Shown here one piece after another: positions 13,818 to 25,620 of a DNA stretch of 64,000 nt. Position 1 is the stretch's first letter. The number at the start of each line of letters is the position of its first letter. The notes below the pieces were generated by a model. It worked only from the letters and a program-made list of their open reading frames with translations, searched no databases and was not told the DNA's origin. Origin of the DNA: Malacoraja senta (Eukaryota). Position numbers and translations under genes: made by a program. The DNA lies in NCBI GenBank assembly GCA_038087875.1, contig JAXLNO010000259.1, positions 186,001 through 250,000 on the forward strand, in the 5' to 3' direction.

Positions 13818-14176
13818 TTTCAGGTTATTTTTCTTGTATATCTGAAAAACTGTATACATTTTTAAATGATCTGCAGCAAATTGCAAGCGCAAAGGAGGAG
13901 TGTGCAAATACAAGTGTGATCGCGTGTACGATATCAAAAGGTATCCTCAATGCACTCCACGATTTCCGTGCTGCAAGAGAATCAAGGCGTCTTCGACAAG
14001 AGGATTGTTCCCGCTCTTCAGCTGAGTTACAACCGTCCCTCGATAGCAATTGTCTGAAGCAATGTACCAATAATAAACGTGTTCCTATTTACCGTAGCTT
14101 ATACCGTTATTTTCTCTTCCAGTGGTTTGTTTTTTATTCACTTTTATATAGTTGTTCACTGGAGAATCTCAATTAG
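13818..14176 (+). CDS. Possible host coding exon, unidentified
   Basis: Non-repetitive; open frame 13808-14176 (SGYFSCISEKLYTFLNDLQQIASAKEEC...) after AG acceptor candidates at 13817 and 13823; no family recognised. Confidence 0.25.
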
Positions 14177-14329
14177 CAAATGGTGAGAATCATAGTAAAT
14201 ACCAATTGATGCCCATATCCCCAGTGCGAATGCAAGAGGGAGTTGCAAACTAGCGGTGAATTGGTAATCTTGGAGAACGGTTCAAAATCCCGACAGGCAA
14301 ATACCAAGGGTAGGCGAAGCACGAAGAAG

Positions 14330-14610
14330 TTAAATTTATTTCAAGTGAGGAGGGAAAGATTCAGCAGGGTTAGTGGGAACAGTGTTTGCAATAGAGGGTG
14401 CTAAAATTATAGAACGAACTGCCATAATAAATGGGTGAGGTATGTGCAATAATATAATTTAACGTAATTTGGACTGGCACATGGATAAACTGGTTCAGAA
14501 GGATGTGGGCCAGGTGGAGACAAATGGGATTGGCATTGAAAGGGTACATTGGTCGGCATGGACAGGCGGGGTCGAAGAAACTGGTTCTGTGTTGCATGGT
14601 ACCATGACTC
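14330..14610 (+). mobile_element. Old degraded CR1 3' end
   Basis: aagtgaggagggaaagatt...gagggtg...gaactgcc...catggata...ggtcggcatggac pattern of CR1 3' ends. Confidence 0.55.
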
Positions 14611-14644
14611 GAGCAGCAGGTGCAGTATTATGGAATTCATGGTT

Positions 14645-14975
14645 TCAAAATTTCAAGATCAGTTTATTGTCACATGTATCAATTAAGATACAGTGAAATT
14701 TGAGTTACCATGCAGCCAGGCTATGTGAAAAGCAAGAAGACACATAATCACCTACAAATTAGCATAAACATCCATCACAGTGGATTCCACATTCTTCACC
14801 GTGATGGAAGGCAATAATTTTCAAGCTGCTTCCACTATGTCTTACCGCCGTCGGGACAGTCAAATGCCCTGCAGCTGACGATCGAAGCGCCCGTCGGGGG
14901 ATAGAAACTCCTTCGTCGGCGCGGTGCAACTCTCTCCGCGGCATGGAACTGCGGAATCGGCCTCTTCTTACCAGA
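14645..14975 (-). mobile_element. Family X 3' part with Rex1-like tail
   Basis: gtttattgtcacatg...gaaatttgagttacc...gtgatggaaggca, similar to 4565-4720. Confidence 0.55.
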
Positions 14976-15069
14976 GACCATATAACCATATAACCATATA
15001 AACAAAGGTACACAAAAATGCTGGAGAAACTCAGCGGGTGCAGCAGCATCAATGGAGCGAAGGAAATAG

Positions 15070-15101
15070 GTAACGTTTCGGGCCGAAACCCTTCTTCAGA
15101 C
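15070..15101 (-). ncRNA. Minimal type I hammerhead motif of PLE
   Basis: GU-CUGAAGA-AGGGUUUCGGCCC-GAAA-CGUU-AC on the minus strand. Confidence 0.8.
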
Positions 15102-15724
15102 TGATAGGGGGTGGGGAGAAGAAAGGAAAAAAGGAAAAGGCGGAGGAGGAGCCCGAGGGCTGGGGGGGGGAGGAGACAACCAGATGGCTGATGAAGGGGA
15201 GGGGACAGCCAGGGCTAGCAGAATTGGGAGAATTCAACGTTCAGGCCACCAGGATGTAGACTGCCCAAGCGGAATATGAGGTGCATTTCCTCCAATTTAC
15301 GGTGTTGCTCGCTGTGGCCATGGAGGAGACCCAGGACAGAGAGGTCAGATACGGAATGGGAGGGGGATTGAAGTGCTGAGCCACCGGGAGTTCAGGTTGG
15401 TTATTGCGGACCGACCGCAATAACCAACCTGAACTCCCGGTGGCTCAGCACTTCAACTCCCCCTCCCATTCCGTATCTGACCTCTCTGTCCTGGGTCTCC
15501 TCCATGGCCACAGCGAGCAACACCGTAAATTGGAGGAAATGCACCTCATATTCCGCTTGGGCAGTCTACATCCTGGTGGCCTGAACGTTGAATTCTCCCA
15601 ATTCTGCTAGCCCTGGCTGTCCCCTCCCCTTCATCAGCCATCTGGTTGTCTCCTCCCCTCCCCCAGCCCTCGGGCTCCTCCTCCGCCTTTTCCTTTTTTC
15701 CTTTCTTCTCCCCACCCGCTATCA

Positions 15725-15756
15725 GTCTGAAGAAGGGTTTCGGCCCGAAACGTTAC
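15725..15756 (+). ncRNA. Minimal type I hammerhead motif of PLE
   Basis: gt-ctgaaga-agggtttcggccc-gaaa-cgtt-ac; palindromic AACGUU stem III as in dimer-acting PLE hammerheads. Confidence 0.8.
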
Positions 15757-16429
15757 CTATTTCCTTCGCTCCATAGATGCTGCTGCACCCGCTGAGTTTC
15801 TCCAGCATTTTTGTGTACCTTCGATTTTCCAGCATCTGCAGTTCCTTCTTTAACCATATAACCATTACAGCACGGAAACAGGCCATCTCGGCCCTTCAAG
15901 TCCGTGCCGAACTTTTTTTTCTTCTTTTTTTTCTTTCTTTTCTACTCCTGTACTCAAATCCTCTAGGCCAAAATAAGGTTGCTGTATTTGGCGATTTTAA
16001 CTTTCCCAGTACAAACTGGGAAAATCATGGTGTTAAGGGTGTAATTCCTCAACAGTTGTTCAGAAGAGTTCCCGTAACCAGTATGTAGCCGCGCCCACAC
16101 GTGAGAGGGCAAAACTGGATTTTGTATTGGGAAATTGGCCAGTTCGTGAAGTGCTCTGATGTTGCAGGAGACATGTTGATGGTAGTTTTGGAGTGACTCT
16201 CACAGTGCTTCACGGCCGCCAGAAGGCCAAGACCTACATCCAACCTGGATTCCAGGCCCAGTTCCGGACATTTTGCCTTGTCGGTGTTACAGAACTATCC
16301 TTCCCCCGCCCCCTTCCATCAATCTGAAGAAGGATCTCGACTCGAATGGTCACGTGTCATTCTTCTTCAGAGATGCTGGATTATCTGCTGAGTTATTCCA
16401 GCACTTAGTGCGCATTTGTGTTCCAACCG

Positions 16430-17190
16430 GCAACTGCAATTGTTAGCGCAACAAAAACCTTCAGAGTGTTTCCTAACCAGAAGCCTTGGAAGAACCATGA
16501 GATCCACACTCTTCTGAAGTCCACATCCCGGGCATTCAATTCTGGAGATAAAGGGGTCTGCAAGAAGTCCAGATACGACCTTGGTAAGGCAATCAAAAAG
16601 ACCAAAAGGGCCCTGCTCCAAGCTGGACGATAAGACATGTTCCAAGCTAGACGATCAAGCCCTGCCACAGTTCGGCAACTGTGGCAGGGCTTGAATGTCA
16701 TCACCTGCTACAAGGCGAAATAAGGAGGCAGCTCAATTGTCAGCGAACCATCACTCCTGACGAGCTCAATGCTTTTAACGCACTCTTTGATAGGGAAAAC
16801 ACGAATGTGCCTCCCCGAGCCCCCATTCTCCGTGATGGTATTTCAGTCACAGTCACAGATGCTTACGTCAGAAGATCCTTCAGAGGGGTGAACCCTTGGA
16901 AAGCGCCTGGACTTGATGGCATACCCGGTCGTGTTCTGACCAGTGCGGACCAATAGTGTTCTGGCCTGTGCGGAAAAACCTGTGCGGACCAACTGACTTG
17001 AATTTTTACGGACATTTTCAACCTCTCATTTCTGACGTATTTTAAAATGTCCAGCCGGTTTTAAAATGTCATCAATAATACCGGTGCCCAAGAAGAGCAC
17101 GGTGACGTGCTCAGTGACTATCGACCAGTGGCACTAACGTCTGTGGTTATGAAATGCTTTGAGATGTTGATTATGGCGCATATCATCTTC
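16430..17190 (+). mobile_element. Rex1/Babar LINE fragment
   Basis: FPNQKPW, LNAFNALFD, KAPGLDGIPGRVL, DYRPVALTSVVMKCFE. Confidence 0.85.
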
Positions 17191-17773
17191 CACCCTAATC
17201 TTCTGGAATTTTCTGAGGATGGGACAAGTAAGATGAATGAAGGGGAGCCAGTGGATGTAGTGTATCTAGACTATCAGAATGCCTTTGATAAGGTCCCGCA
17301 CGGGAGACTGGTGTCTAAAATTAGAGCACATAGAATAGGTGATAGGGTGTTGACGTGGAAAGAACATTGGTTGGCAGACAGGAAGCCACTGTTTACCATA
17401 TATATCAATGATTTGGAAGAGGAAATTAGGAGCAACACTAGAAAGCTTGCGGATGACACAAAGCTGGATGGCAGTGAGAACTGTGAAGAGGATGTTAGGA
17501 GGTTGCAGGGTGACCTGGACAGGTTGCGTGATGGGACGATGCGTGGCAGATGCAGTATAATATGTTTAAATGTGAGGTTATCCATTTAACACGGGTAAAT
17601 GTGAGGTTATCCATTTTGGCGGAAAAAAACAAGGGGGCAGATTATTATATCAATGGTGTTAGGTTAGGTAAGGGGGAGGTACAGAGGGGGAGGGACAGAG
17701 AGACCTTGGTGTCGTTGTACACCAGTCACTGAAAGTCGGCGTGCAGGTACAGAAGGCAGTGAAGAAAGTTAAT
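17191..17773 (+). mobile_element. CR1 (family A) fragment, left of DIRS-1
   Basis: VDVVYLDYQNAFDKVPH...LADD; ends gtgaagaaagttaat|. Confidence 0.85.
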
Positions 17774-18299
17774 AGGAAGATTAAACGAGAACTTACCACT
17801 TTGAAGTTTGATCTTTATTTTATGAGGATCTACGATGAGCGATTACCTGAATAGTCCCGCCAGTCCGCATGCGCTTAAATCTTCAAAGCGGCGGTGTGAA
17901 ATCACAGATTTCATAGTAAGTTTATACATAGTAAGATTATAGAACTAGACCTACCAGATGATCTTAATGATATGAGGGCCGGGAGCGGTGGGCACGTAAT
18001 CGCTCAGCGTAACTCCTCATAAAATAAAGATCAAACTTCAAACTGATAAGTTCTCGTTTAAGCTTACTATTTTACTTCGGAGTCACGTGAGTGATTCCTT
18101 GAAGATTTCAAAGCTCTGTGATTTCATGCCGTAGACACGAATCCAGGCGTCTCGCACTGCATCAGTTGACTCAGGACGGGTGAATAACGAGCAATGCAAT
18201 GAAACATGGTACGGTTTAACATGTTGGTGCTTTAATTCACAAATAAAAACAATAGCGACCCCTCTCTCCCAGTGGAAAGCTACGAAACAGAACTTAAAA

Positions 18300-19250
18300 T
18301 GGAATGGACGAATACCCCGGGTTCGGTAAGTGGTTTGTTATAAAACCTCTGAAAAGTAAGTTCATTTGACCATCCTGCGGCCGCGAGGATATGGTCTAGA
18401 TGGACGTCCATTGTCCTTGCTACTGACGTTGATACCGCCCTGGTGGAGTGAGATTTAAAATTGTCAGTGTTTACTCCTGCACAAACCAGAACTTGTTTCA
18501 GTCACCTTGAAATGGTCTGAACCGACACTTTCATATGCGGCTTTGTGTGGCTAATAAATAATGCTACTTCCGAACCTCTGAGACTCTTGGTGACTTTGAT
18601 ATAATATTGCAAGTGTGACACTATACACAGTCGTAAATCCGTGTGGTATGCCGAAAAAATAAGCTTGAACCCCGACAACCCTGGTCTGCTCTGCTTAATT
18701 AAATCAACAATATAAAACGAAATGTCATTCCCAGATGATACCATCCTGACAAGTCACAGCCTTTCCAACGTCTGGACCCGTTGCGCAGAAACCAGCGCCA
18801 TGAGCATGACCACCTAAAGGATAATTTGGGGCAAAGACAGGGATGTGGCTGGAGCCCACTGGCGAAGCAGCGTGAGTAACACACTCACATCCCATATTTC
18901 AGAGTACCTAGGCCGAGGGGGGTTGGAATTAAAAATACCCTTCATAAACCGGGTTACTAAAGGGTGAAACCCAACATAATGGTGTTCCGACCCCAGCTTT
19001 AAGTATGATGACAGGGCACTCCTGGCACTATTGATGGCACTATAGCTCAACCCTTCATCAAAGTACAGATGTGACAGAAATTCTAGCACATCTGAGATGC
19101 ATGCCGAGTGACAGGTAAACAGAACACCTCCCATTTTCTGAGATGAGAGATTTACTGATTTTTGGTACTATCCCTCCAGGCCGCGGTTATCAGATCCACG
19201 GTACGACCGGATAGACCAACACTCCCAAGTATGGACTGCTCAGAATCTGC
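18300..19250 (-). pseudogene. DIRS tyrosine recombinase
   Basis: LSYSAINSARSALS, RFMKGIFNSNPPRPRYSEIWDV, KQSRPG, LFISHTKPH, TISR, FKSHSTR. Confidence 0.85.
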
Positions 19251-20717
19251 AAATTAACAGATGAATACGGTCATATAACGGATGTTGATCCCCATTTACA
19301 GGGTGCTCCAGAAGATCCCTACGTTTTGAGAGCCATAAGAGGCTGTGTTATTATCTGCAAAACGAGGGGGGACCATGGCTGTGTAGGCCAGTCGGGTACC
19401 ACCAAAATTCCTGAGGCGGTGTCCTGCTTGATCTTGAGCAAGCAACGACTGATGAAGCTAAATGGGGGAAAATGCTTATAAAACACTCCGCCCCAGTGTA
19501 GCGAGAATTCATCTACCGCTACTGCCCCTGGGTCTGCCTCGTTCCCATGAAATATACTTCGGTAACTGGTGATTATGTCTGGATGCAAACAAATCGATAT
19601 CTGGCGTCCCATACCGCGCAACAATATCATTAAATACATCATGACTCAACATCCATTCTGTGTTGTCATTGAAGTTGCGTGACCTGGTGTCTGCCACCAT
19701 GTTGAATCTACCTGGTATGTAGATAGCTGACTGAAATGTTCCTTGTAATACACCAGTGCCAAATAAGATTAGACAATCTGTCACAAGATTCCGACTTCTA
19801 TCCACCCATGTGATTAACATACGCCACTGCCGTGGTGTTGTCAATCTGAAATTTAACATGCGTGGCGCTTAGTAGTACAATAAATGCCCATAAAATGCTC
19901 CCAATAGCTCTAAATAATCAATCCCATGTGAGTGAAGAATAAATGACTCATGCAGATTCCATCTCCCTCTACAGCTGGAGATGTATCAGTAGCACCCCAA
20001 CCTAAGGCACTAACATCAGTCTGCAAAACGACTGAAGGTTCCTCAACGAGAAGTTTGCTGGAATAGCTCGAGATGTTCATTATCCACCACTGCACTTCAG
20101 CAATGGCTTCAGCTGGTAATTGCATGGGCCTGTCGAAATGGCCTGCATGTTTCCTGAGTGCCTGTACCATGGCACGTTGCAAATTTTGGTAATGCAAAGG
20201 TCCATACTGTGCAGCTGGAAAGGCAGCCATGAATTTGCCAATCAAGCTGGCCACATGTCTAATTGAAGGTTGTTGCTCCTCCATGTGCTGGTTACAGCCT
20301 TCAATTAAATCTAATATCTTGCACCTGGGCAGAGTCACTGACATGTGAGTAGAGTTAGTAGTGTATCCCAAATAATCAAGTGTTCTAACTGGTATCAATT
20401 TTGATTTACCTGGATGAATGAGATACCCCAATCGCTCAAACATGAGTTTAACAGCTGAAACAGATAATTCAGCTGCTTCCAGAGTCTTTCCTATGATTAA
20501 GATATCATCCAAATAAGCCATTACAATATGACCCTGAAACCGGAGTAGCCCCAGTACTCGTTTTACCATTTTTATGAATAATCTAGAGGCCGAGGTTAAC
20601 CCATTAGGCAGCTTTAAATTGCGATAATTGCCTCATCCAGCTAAATTTCAAATATCTCCGGTGATCCCTATGAACAGGCACTGAGCAGTATGCATCCTTC
20701 AGATCTATACAAGCCAT

Positions 20718-21455
20718 GAGGAAGAGGAGCCATGTTGGGGAACGGCTGCTAACCAGCAGCCGTCCGTTTAAATCACATTTTTAAAATAGTTTTAGTGTGT
20801 CCATTGTCCAGTCTGTGGGAGTATTCTACTTTTAAGTGTAGGGTGAATGGGGTAATTATATCCTAGGTCCCTACCTGGTCGGTGAGGCAGCTTTTTCTCC
20901 GGGCTGCCCCGTCGACCCGTCCTCGTGGCCTACCAGCGGGCATGGAGCGCTGTTTCCTGACGGGGACCGCCCAGTACCTTCAGCTTCTGTCGGCGGCACA
21001 ACGCTGGAGCGCTATCGTGGAGCGTAGCGGGAGATGCCTTGCCTGGGTCGCCGCGCTGGATCGACGCGCTCGAGCTCCGGTATGCGATGACCGCCGAGAT
21101 CAACACCTCCGGGCTGCCGGTCTGCGGTGCGACCAGCTGCTGGCGGCGGCGCCGACTTTAACATCGGGAGCCTCGTGACTGCAAATCGTGGCTCCAAATC
21201 GGCGCGGCACTGTCGGCTTCAGGTGCCATGGACTCCGCTGGGAAACCGGCCGTTCCAGCCGCTGCGAGGACTCTCCCGACGGCCAGGAACATCGGGCCTC
21301 CGTAGAGACAACTGTTTTCGGCCTCGATGGGCCTGACTCTGGGGAGAACTGGGTTGGGGACTGGACATTGTGCCTTCCCCCACAGTGGTAACCATTGTGG
21401 GGGATGATTTTGTGTGTAGTGTTAAGTGTCTGTGTTGGTCTGTGTTAGTCTATGT
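20718..21455 (+). mobile_element. Family X GC-rich non-autonomous element inserted in DIRS RT
   Basis: Host rejoins as agccat|ataaca; homologous to 4565-5007 and 5890-6254. Confidence 0.65.
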
Positions 21456-21721
21456 CCAACATGGCGGTCGGAAGGGAGAGTGTACGCTGGCGCGGTTTGG
21501 CTGCCGCTGCTCTCCCTTCATATTGTGTTTTCAGAATTTTGTTGTTGTCTTCTTTGGACCAAATTTCTGTTTTTAATTTATGTATTTGTGATGTCTTTAT
21601 AATATATTTTACTCTGATTATATGCTTATATGTTTCTTTGTTAAATTGTAAGGTGTCCTAGAGACTTTTGTATATGCGCCCTTAAAATAAAATCTATTAT
21701 TATTATTATTATTATTATTAT
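21456..21721 (+). mobile_element. Short non-autonomous element (family Y) with L2-like tail and (ATT)n
   Basis: aacatggcggtcggaagggagagtg...tgtaaggtgtcc...aaataaaatct(att)n; second copy at 47818-48046. Confidence 0.75.
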
Positions 21722-23515
21722 ATAACATGCTCTGGAAACCAATTGCTTGCCAGTAACAAATGTCTCCATTTTGAAATGTCTGTACTGCACAAACGATCAA
21801 GACTCGTCAAGTCAAGGATGATTCGACACCCACCATCCTTCTTTCGCTTATGAAAAATATTAGATACGAATTGGTGAGGTTGATAAACCGTCTTCTCAAT
21901 TACCCCTTTTTTATATGTTTTCAATTTCAGCTTGAACCTCCAACTTCTATTTTTGTGAGAAAATGAGTGCCCTACTTGTTGTATGCTGTGTGGGTGGAGG
22001 CAAATTGGGAAGGAATTCAATTCGAATCCCTTGTATACTGTGGAGTACAAACGAATCTGATGTTATCCCACACCATTCCTACAGAAACAAGGATAATCTT
22101 CCCCCAACTTGTAGGTGACTCTCATTTAATATGTTTCGACGAGAACCAGACCCACCTACCTCCATGGTTACCGGTGTAGTTTTCTGTCCCTTGTCTCTGG
22201 TGTGATACGGCATGTTCGACCGTGCCCCTGCTGGAGTGCGCCAGCTGCGCAAATTGAATGGCCGGCTTGGTCCTTGTCCGGACCCGGTTTTAGCAAACCG
22301 CTTGTAGGGGGTACTGCCGCCGAAGCGTTCTGCTGGCTATCGGTGCTTTGATCAGCCCAACCGTTCTTGCATCGTCGTCCAGTTCCTTAATTATTTTTGC
22401 GAGGTAATCTCCAAACAGCAGATTTGGTGGCTGGATTTTACTCGGCTTACACTGGGCGGCAAACTTCGGGTTGATGGTAGGTCGTGTGGCGCTCTTTCTT
22501 AGACAGTTTATCTCGAAGTGCGCATTGCACATGAGGGCCAGGGCATCCTGCTGTACATCAGACAGGGGCCCTCAATCCACCGATCTGGCATACGCTGTAT
22601 TGTCCGAGGCGAGCAGCTTCAGCACCCTCTGTAGCCTTATCTCCTGGGCCCTGATGCCTACGCCCATATGACCCCAAATAGCGTGGTACACTGCCGGCAC
22701 TTTGAGCAGAATACAATTAGCCGGGGTGTCGTACTTCTTGGCCGTTTCATCCATGGTAAGCTCTTGAAGTTGGTGCGAAGCCAAGTAATTAATATTTGCA
22801 GCCAACTCTTCCCCCAGCGGCACTCCCGAATCTGATGGGATGGCAAATCTTGCTGCCAGGAATGGTACTTCTGACTCGTGCCCTTCATCCCTTGGTGTAG
22901 CCTCCACTGCTAGACCCACAGACTCGGCCTCAGAATAATACTGACCCGGCATGCCCTGATTCAGGTGCCGCTGTCTCGGGCTCTCCACTAGGCCGACACT
23001 GACACAACTCCCCCTGTTGGAGTGTATCTTGGTGGAGCATCTTCTCCATTAAGAACTCCACCCTGGATAACCTTCCAAACCTCCCGGCCCGACTCGTCCG
23101 AATCCACTGGCCGTGCAGAATATTTGGTGGCTTTGCGCCCCAAAGGCGCAAGCCACGGTGCTCTCCGAGCCCAAGTCTGCAGTCGCTGGTCGTACCGCTA
23201 CCGACTCAGTAGGTGAGCTAGGCGGTCGCCCGCTACCCGTCCTGCCTCGGTCTTCACTAGCTACATTCCCGACGGCTCGCCTTGCCTTCGACATCGACGC
23301 TTTCTCCATTCTTGAACCTGTGTCCTGAAACAAGAATTCCCAAGCGCAGAAAACGACCTCCGACTAAGTTTTGCACTTACCTGAGGCTTTTTGAACTTAC
23401 CACTGGAGGAGCGATGCACCTCCCAGCCGGTCGCTGCCCCATGCGCCAGACGTAATGAAGCGCATGCGGACTGGCGGGACCTCTTCACGAAATCACTCAC
23501 GTGACTCCGATGTAA

Positions 23516-24125
23516 AATGGGATGTTGGCCTTCATAGCAAGAGGTTTCAGTATAGGAGTAAATAGGTTCTTCTGCAGTTGTATAGGGCTCTGTTAGAACC
23601 ACATCTGGAGTATTGTGTGCAGTTTTGGTCTCCTAATTTGAGGAAGGACATCCTTGTCATTGATGCATTGCAGCGTAGGTCCACGAGATTGAAAATACTA
23701 GGCTTGTATTCACTAGGGTTTAGAAGGATGTGGGGGATCTTATAGAAACATATACAATTATAAAACTACTGGACAAGCTAGATGCAGGGAAATGTTCCCA
23801 CTATTGGGCGAGTTCAGAACCAGGGGCCACAGTCTTAGACTAAAGGGGAGACCATTTAAGACTGAAGTGAGAAACAAACCTTTTCACCAAGAGAGTTGTG
23901 AATTTGTGTAAATCCCTGCCACAGAGGGCAGTTGTGGCCAAATCACTGGATGGATTTAAGAGAGAGTTAGGTAGAGCTCTAGTGGCTAGTGGAATCAAGG
24001 GTATGGGGAGAAGGCAGGCACGGGTTATTGATTAGGGACGATCAGTCATGATCACAATGAATGGCGGTGCTGGATCGACGGGCCGAATGGCCTCATCCTG
24101 CATCCATTTTTCTATGTTTCTATTT
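23516..24125 (+). mobile_element. CR1 (family A) fragment, right of DIRS-1, with tail
   Basis: |gggatgttggccttcatagc rejoins 17773; ends ttctatgtttctat. Confidence 0.88.
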
Positions 24126-24134
24126 TTCTTAAAA

Positions 24135-24805
24135 GAACCTCGACCCACTGTCGGTTGCTCACCGATGGCCGTATAGAATTATACCATCATTGCCTGTGGC
24201 AGATTGTTTTCCTCGGCTGCCGCAGGATGTACATCCTCTTTTGTGCCTTTTTCTATGTGGAGTTGATGGTAGCCCCCCACTTAAGGTGCTTAGAAATGAT
24301 GGTTCCCAGGAACTTAAAATACTCCACAGATATGACTGTTGTCTTGTTGATGGTAAGTGGACTGAGAGGAGTGGGAGCTCTACAATCAATTGCACTCTTA
24401 AGACTGAAGAAGGGTTTCGGCCCGAAACGTTACCTATTTCCTTCGCTCCATAGATGCTGCTGCACCCGCTGAGTTTCTCCAGCATTTTTGTGTACCTTGC
24501 ACTCTTAAGACCATTGATCTCCAGCTTGCTGCGATGGCACCAGGACATTTCATGTCTGTACGCAGATTCCTCCCAATCCTTGATCAGTCCAATCAGGCTT
24601 GTGTCCTCCGCAAACTTGAGAAGCTTGACAGAGCAGTCTGTGGAGGTGCAGTCATTGGTGTAGAGAGAGTAGAGGAGAGGGGAGAGTACACAGCCTGGAG
24701 GTGCTCCTATGCTGAGGGTTTGCGGATCCGAGATGTGCTTTCCCAGCCTCACATGCTGCTTCCTGTCTGTCAGGAAGCTGGGTTGTGGGAGGAAAACGGC
24801 TACGG
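24135..24805 (-). mobile_element. Rex1/Babar RT fragment
   Basis: FLTDRKQHVR, GAPPGCVLSPLLYSLYTNDC, KFAEDT. Confidence 0.85.
24390..24511 (+). mobile_element. 92-bp PLE hammerhead-containing insert with 15-bp TSD
   Basis: ttgcactcttaagac at 24390-24404 and 24497-24511 flanking (c)tgaagaagggtttcggcccgaaacgttac...gtacc. Confidence 0.85.
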
Positions 24806-24809
24806 TGTG

Positions 24810-25620
24810 GTCAACGATTTCCACCGATACGAGCCAATAAGGAAGATATAACAAAACTGTCAACAACTATTCCCTGCACCAAGAGACTTCTGGAAAAACT
24901 TCATCAAAACATCACATGGCAAGGATGAAGATTAAACCCAGCAAGTGCAGAAGCATCTCCATTGTCAAAGTTCAAGTCAAGGATCAATCATGTCATATTG
25001 ACGGAATACCTGTTCCAACAGTTTCATTGATGCCAGTGAAGGGTTTGGGCCGATGTTATGATGCAAAGCTCAAGGGGGTTGGACAACTGAAAAAGGATAC
25101 CATCATGCACATAGCCCGCATCAACAAGACCTTGCTACCAAGAAAACTCAAGCTGTGGTGCTTCCAATTTGGCATACTACCAAGAAGCATGTGGCCTTCA
25201 ACTATGTATGAAATCCCCATCAACAAAGTGGAAAAGCTGGAAAGAATGATCAGCACACATGTGAAACAGTGGCTTGGACTTCCACGATGCTTAACTGCTG
25301 TCGGACTGTATGGGAGCGGCAAATTGGAATTACCCATTGCAGGACTTGTGGTTGATTTCAAATGCACGACAGCAAGGTTCGTCATGACCCTCATTGAATC
25401 TGAGGATACTGTTATTCGAACAGCGCCCCCCCCACCGTGTGGCAACGGGGGTGGGGGGGGAGTGGGCCCCATCTGAATCCGTTCAGAGAGCTAAGTCTGC
25501 TCTTTATTTCCGGGATATGATTGGCCAAGACCAACACGGGAGAGCCGGGTTCGGGCTCGTCGCAAAAGCTCCTCAATTGGTCTTTCTAATGACCAACATG
25601 GCAGGTGTTGTTGAATAGGG
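24810..25620 (+). mobile_element. Divergent Hero (R2-superfamily) RT fragment
   Basis: RFPPIRA...WARMKIKPSKCRSISIVK...KLWCFQFGILPR...KQWLGLPRCL, homologous to the array ORF. Confidence 0.85.

Larger units (their letters stand above)
15005..15821. repeat. Near-perfect inverted repeat of a PLE 3' end/pLTR (arms ~15005-15409 and 15415-15821, 5-nt spacer)
   Basis: Centre ttattgcgg-accga-ccgcaataa; both arms encode the GIY-YIG C-terminus (PVAQHFNSPSHS...) and carry a hammerhead motif; only a few mismatches. Confidence 0.95.
19240..22180 (-). pseudogene. DIRS RT-RNase H-methyltransferase ORF, interrupted by a 1-kb insertion
   Basis: KKDGGCRIILDL, DLKDAY, AYLDDILI, QTDVSALGWGA, DLFASR, FPPF. Confidence 0.85.
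17771..23518 (-). mobile_element. Complete DIRS1-type tyrosine-recombinase retrotransposon (copy 1), degraded ORFs
   Basis: gag (~22200-23310), RT YLDD (19910-20569), RNase H, MTase-like, YR (HSTR near 18445; 18502-19134); terminal inverted segments and ICR ~17992-18105; aat at both ends. Confidence 0.93.

Noticed and set aside
16322..16355. Additional hammerheads at 16324 (+), 37741 (-) and 39358 (-)
   Set aside because: Recognisable PLE remnants, but the cores are mutated (GAAA or CUGA lost)
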